A stretch of 64,000 bases of DNA, taken from NCBI GenBank assembly GCA_963727525.1, contig CAVSGO010000003.1, positions 384,001 to 448,000 on the forward strand. Reading direction: 5' to 3'. Origin of the DNA: an uncultured bacterium. Its GTDB lineage: Bacteria; Krumholzibacteriota; Krumholzibacteriia; LZORAL124-64-63. The position numbers and the translations under genes were made by a program. Position 1 is the stretch's first letter. Every line of letters starts with the position of its first letter. Positions 20,439-29,116 of the stretch are shown in pieces. The notes beneath the pieces were generated by a model that saw only the letters and a list, made by a program, of their open reading frames with translations, was not told the origin of the DNA and made no database searches.

Positions 20439-21647
20439 TTGACATTTGACGCTTTCGGTTTCGATTCCCGCCTCGCTAAAGGTATCGCTGCCTCCCGTTA
20501 CATCGAACCCACGCCGATCCAGCGGGCCGCCATCCCGGAGATTCTCGCCGGACGCGATGTCGTGGGCGTGGCTCACACGGGTACCGGCAAGACCGCGGCC
20601 TTCATGCTGCCGAGCATGCAACGCCTGCTGGGCGGCAAGGTCGGCTCCCCGCGCGTCCTGGTGCTGGCCCCCACACGGGAGCTGGCCGAGCAGACGGCTC
20701 GCGTCGGCCAGGACCTGGGACGCCACTCCGGGCTGAAGACACTCGCCGTGTATGGTGGCGTGAACAAGCGGCCCCAGGCCGAGCGGATCGCCCGGGGCGT
20801 GGACATTCTGGTGGCCTGCCCCGGCAGACTGCTCGACCTGTATGACGACGGTGACCTGGATTTCTCGCGCGTCGAGGTGCTCGTGCTGGACGAGGCGGAC
20901 CGCCTGTTCGACCTGGGCTTTTGGCCTGACGTGCGGGCGATCCTGGCGCTGCTGCCGGACCGCCGCCAGAACCTGTTCTTCTCGGCCACGATGCCGCGCT
21001 CGGTGCGTAGCCTCGTCGATGGTGTGCTGCACGAGCCGGTGACGATCGCCATAGGCGAGTCGGCGCCGGCACCCACGGTGAGCCAGGTGCTCTACCCGGT
21101 GCCGGAAATGCTCAAGGGATCGTTGCTCGCGGCCCTGCTCGACCAGGCGCGCCACGCGCGCACCCTGGTGTTCGCGCGGACCAAGCACCGCGCCCGCGGC
21201 CTCGCAAATGCCCTTGCGCGGCAGGGGCACCGCGTGGCCGCGCTCGAGGGCAACATGGCGCAGAGTAAGCGTCAAGCCGCCGTCGATGGATTTCGCGACG
21301 GCGTCTACGACGTGCTCGTGGCCACCGACGTCGCCGCGCGCGGGATCGATGTGAAGGGGATCGCCCGGGTCGTCAACTACGACATGCCGGACAGCTTCGA
21401 CGCCTACACCCACCGCGTCGGTCGCACGGGTCGTGCACACGCCACGGGCGAGGCCGTCAATCTCGTCTCGGTCATGGACACGCCGCTGGTGCGCGAGATC
21501 CAGCAGAACCTCGGCGCACCGCTCGAGCAACGCGCCGTGGCCGGATTCGACTACGGCGACTACCGGCCGCACCTCTACATCTTGCCGCCCCGGACCCAGT
21601 CCGCCACGCCCCACGGGCTGGGCCGCCGCCGTCCTCTATTCAGCTAG
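20439..21647 (+). CDS. DEAD-box RNA helicase (RhlE-like)
   Basis: Q motif PTPIQ, TGTGKT, PTRELA, DEAD, SAT, ARGID, HRVGRTGRA; TTG start after AAGGAG. Confidence 0.93.
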   Translation: MTFDAFGFDSRLAKGIAASRYIEPTPIQRAAIPEILAGRDVVGVAHTGTGKTAAFMLPSMQRLLGGKVGSPRVLVLAPTRELAEQTARVGQDLGRHSGLKTLAVYGGVNKRPQAERIARGVDILVACPGRLLDLYDDGDLDFSRVEVLVLDEADRLFDLGFWPDVRAILALLPDRRQNLFFSATMPRSVRSLVDGVLHEPVTIAIGESAPAPTVSQVLYPVPEMLKGSLLAALLDQARHARTLVFARTKHRARGLANALARQGHRVAALEGNMAQSKRQAAVDGFRDGVYDVLVATDVAARGIDVKGIARVVNYDMPDSFDAYTHRVGRTGRAHATGEAVNLVSVMDTPLVREIQQNLGAPLEQRAVAGFDYGDYRPHLYILPPRTQSATPHGLGRRRPLFS

Positions 21648-21693
21648 ACGTGGGCCGGATCCCGGATCCCGGGACCCAGCCGAGGAGAGAACC

Positions 21694-21891
21694 ATGGCTC
21701 GTAACACGTTCAATTACGAGAAGCGACAGAAGGAACTCGCCAAGAAGAAGAAGCAGGAGGCGAAGCGCGCCCGTCGCGTCGAGCGCACCGAGAGTGGTGC
21801 CGAGGGCGGACCACCGATCGCCTCCTCCGTCAATGAGTTCGGCGAGGTGCTGGACGATGGGAGCAAGAACGCAAGCGCTTCCGACGACTAG
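21694..21891 (+). CDS. Small protein with basic N-terminus and acidic C-terminus (65 aa)
   Basis: GAGGAG RBS; MARNTFNYEKRQKELAKKKKQEAKRARR followed by an acidic tail. Confidence 0.75.
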   Translation: MARNTFNYEKRQKELAKKKKQEAKRARRVERTESGAEGGPPIASSVNEFGEVLDDGSKNASASDD

Positions 21892-22031
21892 CCGATCCGC
21901 GCGAGAAAGCCGACGATTCCTCTCCTGGTGGTCGGCCGGTCGCTCTTCAATGGCCGCCTTGTCCCGCCCCGATCGTCCTGATAAGTTTGGTGTGATCGGT
22001 CACGTTCGATGCACCAGCAAGGCAGGTCGGC

Positions 22032-23258
22032 ATGGCTCCCTTCGATCCCGAGCGCGCTCTCGTCGATATCCGTCGTGAATTCGGTGAGCATGGCGGTGTG
22101 ACGCCGTCGGTGGAGCGGTCGTCCACGTTCACCGTGATGGAGTCGGGCACCATGCCCGAGATCTTCGGCGGTCTGCGCGGTCCCGAGGACGGCAGTGGCT
22201 GCTACCTGTACAGCCGCCACTTCAATCCCACCGTGGACGTGCTGGCGCGCTCGCTGGCGGCCATGGAGGGCACGGAGTGGGCCATCGGCACGGCGAGCGG
22301 CATCGCCGCCATCGCCTGCACGCTGCTGCAGATCTGCCACCAGGGCTCGCACATCGTCGCCAGTCATACCGTGTACGGCGGCACGCATGCCCTGCTGGAG
22401 CAAACGCTGCCGCAGATGGGGATCACCACCACCTTCGTCGACCCGGCCGACACCGCGGCGTTCGCGGCGGCGATCCGGCCCGAGACCCGGTTGTTCTACA
22501 CCGAGGTGATGGGCAATCCGACATTGAACGTGGCCGACATCCCGGCGCTCGCGAAGCTCGCGCACGCGCATGATATCAAGCTGGTCGTGGACAACACGTT
22601 CACGCCGCTGATCGTCAGCCCCGCGCAGCTCGGCGCCGACGTCGTGGTACACTCCATGACCAAGTTCATCAACGGCGCCAGCGACTGCATCGCCGGGGCC
22701 ATCTGCTCCACGCACGATTTCATCTACGAGCTGATGGACCTGCACACCGGCCGCGTCATGCTGCTCGGGCCCACCATGGACGCGCGCACCGCCTTCGACA
22801 TCTTTCAGCGACTGCCCCACCTGCCCTTGCGCATCCGGGAGCACGGCCATCGCGCGCTCGCCCTCGCCGAGCATCTCGAGGCCATTGGCGCCCCTGTCAG
22901 CTATCCCGGCCTACACAGCCACCCCGGCCATGAGCGTCTGCGCGCGATGATGAACGCCGGCTTCGGCTTCGGCGGCTTGCTCACCCTCGACGCCGGCACG
23001 AGCGAACGCGCCGACCAGCTCATGAACACGCTCCAGAACGACGAGCACTTCGGCCTCATCGCCGTCTCTCTGGGCTACTTCGACACGCTGATGTCGTGTT
23101 CGGGCTCGTCCACGAGTTCAGAGATCGACGAGAACGAGCAGAAGCTGATGGGTCTCAGCCCCGGCCTCCTGCGCGTCTCGGTGGGTCTGACCGGCCGCCT
23201 GGAGGACCGCCTCGACCAGGTGGAACGCGCGGTGCGCAAGGTGGGGCTGCTGGGCTGA
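22032..23258 (+). CDS. Methionine gamma-lyase / Cys-Met metabolism PLP enzyme
   Basis: YLYSRHFNPT, ASGIAAI, YGGT, VVDNTF, HSMTKF (PLP lysine), AVSLG. Confidence 0.9.
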   Translation: MAPFDPERALVDIRREFGEHGGVTPSVERSSTFTVMESGTMPEIFGGLRGPEDGSGCYLYSRHFNPTVDVLARSLAAMEGTEWAIGTASGIAAIACTLLQICHQGSHIVASHTVYGGTHALLEQTLPQMGITTTFVDPADTAAFAAAIRPETRLFYTEVMGNPTLNVADIPALAKLAHAHDIKLVVDNTFTPLIVSPAQLGADVVVHSMTKFINGASDCIAGAICSTHDFIYELMDLHTGRVMLLGPTMDARTAFDIFQRLPHLPLRIREHGHRALALAEHLEAIGAPVSYPGLHSHPGHERLRAMMNAGFGFGGLLTLDAGTSERADQLMNTLQNDEHFGLIAVSLGYFDTLMSCSGSSTSSEIDENEQKLMGLSPGLLRVSVGLTGRLEDRLDQVERAVRKVGLLG

Positions 23259-23293
23259 GCGAGACACGCCGCAAGCGGGCCATCGCGTCAGCA

Positions 23294-26089
23294 CTAACGT
23301 GCCGTATCACCCATCAGTACGAGCATGCTGCGGATGTAGTCGCTGCCCACCCAGGTGTGCGGCATGTCGCCGATGAAGTGGGCCGTCTTCGGGTTGTGCC
23401 AGACGACCTCGGGCCACTGGCGCCAGCCGGCGGGTGTGCGATGGGCGAGGAAGAACGTGAGCAGCTCGCGGGCGCGCGCGTCCCAGCCGAGTTCTTCGAA
23501 AGCGCCGATGGTGCGGATCTCGTAAGGGGTGAACGCGTCCCAGGGGGCGCCGTCGCGGCGGGCGGTGAAGAAGTCCCAGTATTTCTCGAACGTGGCGTCG
23601 AGGGCGCCGGGGGGCAGGATGGTGCGGGCGTCGACGGGGTCGAGGGCGATGGTCGTGGAGGTGGCGTCGAAGTCGCCGAGGTCGGCGCAGCCGGGGATGT
23701 AGGTGATGGCGTGCGCCTTCATGGCGGCGGCGATCGAGGCGCCGAGGTCGGCGGCGAAGCGGTCGCGTAGGCCGCAGAGGCGCGTCTGCTGCGCGGTGTC
23801 GCCCATGGCCGCGGCCAGGTCCACCGCGTCCTTGTAGCCGCGCAGGGTCCAGAAGTCGTCCCAGTAGGAGTGCATGGGTTTGGCCGAGTAGCCCTCGTGA
23901 CTGATGCTCGGCGGCAAGATGCCGAAGTACTCGGTGCCGGAGAACTCGGTGGTGCGGCGCTCGGCGAGCAAGCTCTCGAGGTAGGTGATCCCGTTCAGGA
24001 CGCGCGGCCACATCGCCGCGAGCGCCTCGCGGTCGCCAGTCTGACGGTAATACTCGGCCACGAGGAAGATGAACTCGCCGGTGGAATCGTGCTCGGGTAC
24101 GGGGTCGGCGCCGCGCTGGTCGACCACGCAGGGGATCTTGCCGCTCTCGTACTGGTGGGGTGCGAACCAGAGCAGGAAGTCGCGCACGGCGTCGGCGTGA
24201 CCAAGGCGCAGGAGGGCCTCGCTGGTGAGGGCGCCGTCGCGGATCCAGCTCCGCGCGTAGGCACGTGCGCCGGGCTGGATGGCGGGGCCGGCGCGGTTCA
24301 CGAGGATGAAGCCAAGCTGGGCCTTGAGCGTGAGGAGTGCGTCCCGCATGTCGTCGGGAACCTCGAGGGTGACGCGGTTGAGCTTGGCGGTCCAGGCGGC
24401 GATGGCGTTCTGCGTCGCGGCCTCGGGATCGATCGTCGCGCGGGGGGATGCTTCGTGCAGGGGGATCGTAAGTGCCACCTCGACCGGGGCGCCGGGGGCG
24501 ACCGTGCGGTCGAAGCGCAGGGCGGCGGAGGCTGCGGACTCGGGATCGACTACCTGCGAGGCCGTGGGCAATGTCCCGCCATTCAGGTAATCGGCCACAA
24601 CGTCGCCGCCGGCGAACGTCGTGGCCCCGAACGCATCGGGCGCGGTGAGGCAGACGACCTTCGGCTGCTCGTTCACGACGATGGTGGTGCCCTCGCGCGC
24701 GATCGACGTCACCGGCGCCGTGCCGCCCTTGATGTTCAGGAACTGCGATGGCGGGTTCACCTGGAAGGGGCGCAGTGCCAGCAGGAGCGACGCCGTCGCC
24801 GTCGCGCCACCGGTGTTTTCCAGCCGATAGCGGGCGAGGATCGACGACTTCTCCGATTCGCCGATACCCAGGGCCGTGATCGTGAGGCGCCAGCCGTCGC
24901 AATCCCAGGCGACACTGGGGATCGGCAGGTAGCTCTCGGCGAGCGACGGCGTGGCGGTGACGTCGTTCCAGGTGACGAGGTGGTCGTCGGTCCACAGGAA
25001 GGGTTCGATGCTGAAGCCGCCGGGGCCCGATTCGATGGCTCCGTCGGTGTCGATCAAGCCCTCGCGGGTGTCGAAGTCGGCGCCGACGACGGTCCAGGCG
25101 ATGGGTTCGTCGAGGAAGGCGCGCGGATAGAGGCCGCGCGGTGCGTCGTGGGCGATGGCGCCGACGAAGGCCTCGCGCGTGGCCGACCAGTCCACGGGTT
25201 TGATGGCGATCTCGGCGATGGCGCAGGTCTGGCCGCCGGCGCAGCCGAGCATGCGCAGGCGCAGGCGACGCGACTGCGACTCCGGAAGTGCCAGGTAGTC
25301 GCGCCCGCCGTTGCTCGCGTGTACCGTCTTCAGCTCGCGCCAGGGCTCGTCGGCGTCCTGCGCTTCGATCGCGTAATCCACGGCGTACCGGGCCGGCACC
25401 CAGTCGAGCACCAGACCGCCGTACTCGCGTAGTCCCTGGAAGTCGAGCGTGAGTGTGGGGGGGGCATCGCCGGGGTTGGCCGCCCAGAACGTGGCGGCGT
25501 CGTTGTCGAGCACGAGCGACGCGCCATGCCCCGGCGCGGCGGACGTGGCGCTGGCCTTCGGCTCGGGTGGCGGACCCGGGTGAGGCTCCAGCGGTACTAT
25601 TTGAAGGTCGTCGATCCACACCGTGCCCTCGCCGCCGCTGCCGGCGGTGATGGCGAACTCGATGGCGGCCACGTGGTGCAACTCGCCGCCGCCGCGGGGG
25701 CCCCAGGCGAACGCGATCTGGCGCTTCTTCGCGCGGAAGGTGCGCCAGTCGTGCGGCCACACCACGTCGTGCCACACGTGCCACCACACGTTCTCGCCGG
25801 TGTCGTCGATGAGCTTGAACTCGAGGTGCTCGGTGGGAGCTGCGCCGCGCACACGGAAGGTGAATGTGTAGTCGTCGGGCAGGTCGAGGTCGACCTCGCG
25901 CCGCGCGATGGCGTAGCCGCCGCCGGTGAAGCGGAAGTCCAGGCGCAGGGCGCCGGCATCGTCGGCGAGCTGCAGGGCCACGCCGTCGGCAGGGTGCGGC
26001 GCCCAGGCAGCGGGGTCGTCGATCGCGATCGGGCGCGTGCGGGCACATCCGGTCAGCAAGACCAGGATGGCGCACAGGAGACGTGTCAT
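23294..26089 (-). CDS. Lipoprotein with CBM-like and F5/8 type C (discoidin) domains plus a six-hairpin (alpha/alpha)6 glycosidase-like domain
   Basis: LTG-C lipobox; LDNDAATFW...LTLDF discoidin motif; catalytic-like YARSWIRDG, EHDSTGE, SISHEGY, HSYWDDFW, WPEVV, GDMPHTW. Confidence 0.8.
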   Translation of the reverse strand: MTRLLCAILVLLTGCARTRPIAIDDPAAWAPHPADGVALQLADDAGALRLDFRFTGGGYAIARREVDLDLPDDYTFTFRVRGAAPTEHLEFKLIDDTGENVWWHVWHDVVWPHDWRTFRAKKRQIAFAWGPRGGGELHHVAAIEFAITAGSGGEGTVWIDDLQIVPLEPHPGPPPEPKASATSAAPGHGASLVLDNDAATFWAANPGDAPPTLTLDFQGLREYGGLVLDWVPARYAVDYAIEAQDADEPWRELKTVHASNGGRDYLALPESQSRRLRLRMLGCAGGQTCAIAEIAIKPVDWSATREAFVGAIAHDAPRGLYPRAFLDEPIAWTVVGADFDTREGLIDTDGAIESGPGGFSIEPFLWTDDHLVTWNDVTATPSLAESYLPIPSVAWDCDGWRLTITALGIGESEKSSILARYRLENTGGATATASLLLALRPFQVNPPSQFLNIKGGTAPVTSIAREGTTIVVNEQPKVVCLTAPDAFGATTFAGGDVVADYLNGGTLPTASQVVDPESAASAALRFDRTVAPGAPVEVALTIPLHEASPRATIDPEAATQNAIAAWTAKLNRVTLEVPDDMRDALLTLKAQLGFILVNRAGPAIQPGARAYARSWIRDGALTSEALLRLGHADAVRDFLLWFAPHQYESGKIPCVVDQRGADPVPEHDSTGEFIFLVAEYYRQTGDREALAAMWPRVLNGITYLESLLAERRTTEFSGTEYFGILPPSISHEGYSAKPMHSYWDDFWTLRGYKDAVDLAAAMGDTAQQTRLCGLRDRFAADLGASIAAAMKAHAITYIPGCADLGDFDATSTTIALDPVDARTILPPGALDATFEKYWDFFTARRDGAPWDAFTPYEIRTIGAFEELGWDARARELLTFFLAHRTPAGWRQWPEVVWHNPKTAHFIGDMPHTWVGSDYIRSMLVLMGDTAR

Positions 26090-26916
26090 CCCTTCACTCC
26101 TCCCGCCATGATGCCCTTCACGTATGTGCGCTGGAATATCAGGAACACCACCAGCGCCGGCAGCATGGTCACGAGCGAACCGGCCATCATCAGCTCCGTG
26201 TCCTGCACGTGCTCGCCCGAGAGGTTGGCCAGGGCCACGGGCAGGGTGTACAGGCTGCTGTCGGAAAGCACGATAAGGGGCCACATGAAGTCGTTCCACG
26301 CGCTCAGGAAGGTGAACGCGGCCAGCGTCACCAGGATCGGCTTGATGATGGGCAGCGCCACGAGACGGAACACCATGAACTCGCCGGCGCCGTCGATGCG
26401 CGCGGCGTCGAGCAGCTCGTCGGGCAGGCTGAGCGCGTACTGCCGGATCAGGAAGATGCCGAAGATGCTCGCGATGTACGGGATGAGCACGCCGGCGTAC
26501 GTGTTCACGAGATGCAGCTCGCGCAGCAACAGGAACAGGGGCAGCATGGCCACCTGCGCCGGCACCACGAGCATGGCTGCCAGGCTACGGAAGAGGTGCT
26601 CGCGCCCCGCGAACGGCAGCTTGGCGAAGGCGTAGCCGGCCAGCGACGTCACCAGCACCGACAGCACCGTGGCCAGGACCGTGATGATGGCGCTGTTGAG
26701 CACGTTGCGCCACATGTTCAGGTTGGTGAACAGCGCCGCGTAGTTGGCCAGCGTGGGATGCGCGGGCAGCAGCGGCGGCGGTAGCGAGTTGGCTTCGCCT
26801 GGTACCATGAACGACGCCGCGGCCATCCATACGAGCGGCATCAGCGTGGCGAGGGCGCCCACCATCAGCGCGACGTGCAGCAGCACCACGCGAGGTTTCA
26901 TGATTCCCGGCTTCAT
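26086..26916 (-). CDS. Carbohydrate ABC transporter permease (MalG-like)
   Basis: EAA loop ELLDAARIDGAG, WNDFMWPL, GIMAGGVKG. Confidence 0.93.
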   Translation of the reverse strand: MKPGIMKPRVVLLHVALMVGALATLMPLVWMAAASFMVPGEANSLPPPLLPAHPTLANYAALFTNLNMWRNVLNSAIITVLATVLSVLVTSLAGYAFAKLPFAGREHLFRSLAAMLVVPAQVAMLPLFLLLRELHLVNTYAGVLIPYIASIFGIFLIRQYALSLPDELLDAARIDGAGEFMVFRLVALPIIKPILVTLAAFTFLSAWNDFMWPLIVLSDSSLYTLPVALANLSGEHVQDTELMMAGSLVTMLPALVVFLIFQRTYVKGIMAGGVKG

Positions 26917-27818
26917 GTCTCCCTCCGCGTGAACCGGAGCTGCACGAGCGTGCCGACCAGCGTGATCAGCAACAGCAGCACGGCGATGGTGGAGGCCAGG
27001 CCCATGCGCCACCAGCGGAAGCCCTCCTCGTACATGTAGAGTACCACGCTGCGCGTGGCACCGAGGGGGCCGCCCTGCGTCATCACGTAGGGCTCGGCGA
27101 AGAGCTGGAAGAACCCGATCATCGTGGTCACGCCCACGAAGAGAAAGGTGGGGGCCAGGCCCGGCAGCGTGATGTGCCGGAAACGACGCACGGCACCGGC
27201 ACCGTCGATGGCGGCGGCTTCGTACAGCTCCTCGGGGATCACCGCCAGGCCGGCGATGAAGATGAGCATGTTGTATCCGAAGTTCTTCCACACGGCGAGC
27301 AGGATGATCGCCGGCATCGCCCAGTGTGGATCGCCGAGCCAGTCGATGGGCCCGATGCCCACGTGGGCGAGCACGAAGTTCAACAGGCCGTAACGTGGGT
27401 GGTAGAGATAGCGCCACACCAGAGCCACCGACACGAGGGTGGTGACCACCGGCGCGAAGTATATGGTGCGAAACACGCCGCGTAGCCGCACGCCCTTCTG
27501 GGTGAGCAGCAGCGCGGCGCTCAGTGACACGGAGACCGACAGCGGCCCGCCCACCAGCACGAAGAACAGGGTGTTGCGCACGGCCTGCCAGAAGGTGGCG
27601 TCGTGCAGGATGGCGGCGAAGTTCCGCAGGCCTACGAAGCGCGCCGTCGAGAGATCGGCGATGGCGTACAGGTCGAAGTCGGTGAGGCTGAGCAGCAGGC
27701 CGGCGATCACCGGCAAGACGAAGAACAGGGTGATGAGCACGAGCGCCGGGCTCAGGAAGATCCAAGCGGCGCGGGCCTTGGCGCGCTCCATGCCCGTGCC
27801 GCGGCCGGTGGCGCTCAT
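26913..27818 (-). CDS. Carbohydrate ABC transporter permease (MalF-like)
   Basis: FVGLRNF, ELYEAAAIDGAG, HITLP, MTQGGP. Confidence 0.93.
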   Translation of the reverse strand: MSATGRGTGMERAKARAAWIFLSPALVLITLFFVLPVIAGLLLSLTDFDLYAIADLSTARFVGLRNFAAILHDATFWQAVRNTLFFVLVGGPLSVSVSLSAALLLTQKGVRLRGVFRTIYFAPVVTTLVSVALVWRYLYHPRYGLLNFVLAHVGIGPIDWLGDPHWAMPAIILLAVWKNFGYNMLIFIAGLAVIPEELYEAAAIDGAGAVRRFRHITLPGLAPTFLFVGVTTMIGFFQLFAEPYVMTQGGPLGATRSVVLYMYEEGFRWWRMGLASTIAVLLLLITLVGTLVQLRFTRRET

Positions 27819-29116
27819 GGCGTTGCCTCCGGGCCGGTGCGATGGGTGAGCATCCAGCGGCGCTTGGCCAGCACGCGGTCGACGTCGGCGTCGAGCCGGG
27901 CGAGGGCGTCGTCGACGGTGGCGGCGCCACGCACCGCCTCCTCCGCGCGCTGCCAGACCAGGGCGGCGATCTGTTCCCACTCGGGCACCTTCGGCGTGGG
28001 CACCACGTGATGGAGCTGCGTGAAGAAGGTCTGCGCGTTGGGGTCGCCGACGAGCGCGGAGTCCTGCCATGCAGCCTGGTGCGCGGGCAGGTCGCCCGTC
28101 AGCCGGAAGAAGCGGATCTGCTGCTCGGGGCGCGACAGGAATTCCACGAGCTGCCAGGCGGCGTCCTGGTGCTCCGAGCCGCGAAACACCACGAGGCTCG
28201 AGCCGCCTGCGAGCGACACGCCCGGCGCGTGCTGCGCGTCTGGGCCGGGCAGCGGCGCGGTGGCCCAGGCGTCTTGCAGCTCGGGTGGCAGCCGGTGCGC
28301 GAACTCGCCGATATTCCACGGCCCGGTGATGTACATGGCGAAGGTGCCGCGCGCGAACTCCTGGTAGACGTTGGCCACCTCGTTGTTGCTCACCGGCGGC
28401 GCCAGGCCATCGCGGAACACGTTGACGTACCAGGTGAAAGCGCGGGCGAAATCGGGCTGCGTGAAGACGCTGCGCGTGTCGTGGTCGGCGAGCAACGGCG
28501 ACCCGGCCTGAAGACCCAGGATCACCGGCTGCGACCACTCGTTGATGGGCATGAGGATGCCGTACTTGCCGGTGCCACCCTGCTGCGTCACGGCGCTCAT
28601 CGCCGCGCGCCATTGTGCCCAGGTCGTGGGCGGCGTCGTGAAGCCGGCGTGCGCGAGGAGGTCGGTGCGGTAGAAGAGCACGCGGGTGTCGACGTACCAG
28701 GGGATGCCATAGAGCGTGCCGTCGATGACATTGGTGTCCCAGATGCCCGGAAAGTTGTCGGCCTCGCGCACCACCGTCGACGCCGCCACGCGCGCATCCA
28801 GCGGCGCCAGTGCGTCAAGAGCCACGAACTCGCACACCCAGGTGTTGCCGAGCTGGGCGACGTCGGGGATCGCGCGGCCCACGTACGCCGTGAGCAGCTT
28901 CTCGTGCGCGGCCGTCCAGGGGATCTGCTGCACGTCGACGCGGATGTCCGGGTGCGCCGCCTCGAAGTCGCGTACCAGTTCCTGCACCACCTCGCCCTCT
29001 CGGCCCATGGCCCAGAAGCGCAGGGTCGTCACGCGGGACGAGTCGTGACAGGCTGAAACCAGTGTACCGACCAACACAGCGCAGACGACCGCGGCGGCGC
29101 GGACGGCGGGCCTCAC
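27815..29116 (-). CDS. Sugar ABC transporter substrate-binding lipoprotein
   Basis: VSA-C lipobox; LRFWAMG, PDVAQLGNTW, YGIPWYVDTRVLFYRTD, GGSSL; GTGA overlap with the upstream gene. Confidence 0.92.
   Translation of the reverse strand: MRPAVRAAAVVCAVLVGTLVSACHDSSRVTTLRFWAMGREGEVVQELVRDFEAAHPDIRVDVQQIPWTAAHEKLLTAYVGRAIPDVAQLGNTWVCEFVALDALAPLDARVAASTVVREADNFPGIWDTNVIDGTLYGIPWYVDTRVLFYRTDLLAHAGFTTPPTTWAQWRAAMSAVTQQGGTGKYGILMPINEWSQPVILGLQAGSPLLADHDTRSVFTQPDFARAFTWYVNVFRDGLAPPVSNNEVANVYQEFARGTFAMYITGPWNIGEFAHRLPPELQDAWATAPLPGPDAQHAPGVSLAGGSSLVVFRGSEHQDAAWQLVEFLSRPEQQIRFFRLTGDLPAHQAAWQDSALVGDPNAQTFFTQLHHVVPTPKVPEWEQIAALVWQRAEEAVRGAATVDDALARLDADVDRVLAKRRWMLTHRTGPEATP

Noticed and set aside
21892-22031. 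SAM riboswitch upstream of methionine gamma-lyase
   Set aside because: Only a simple hairpin; no SAM-I/II core motifs recognised.
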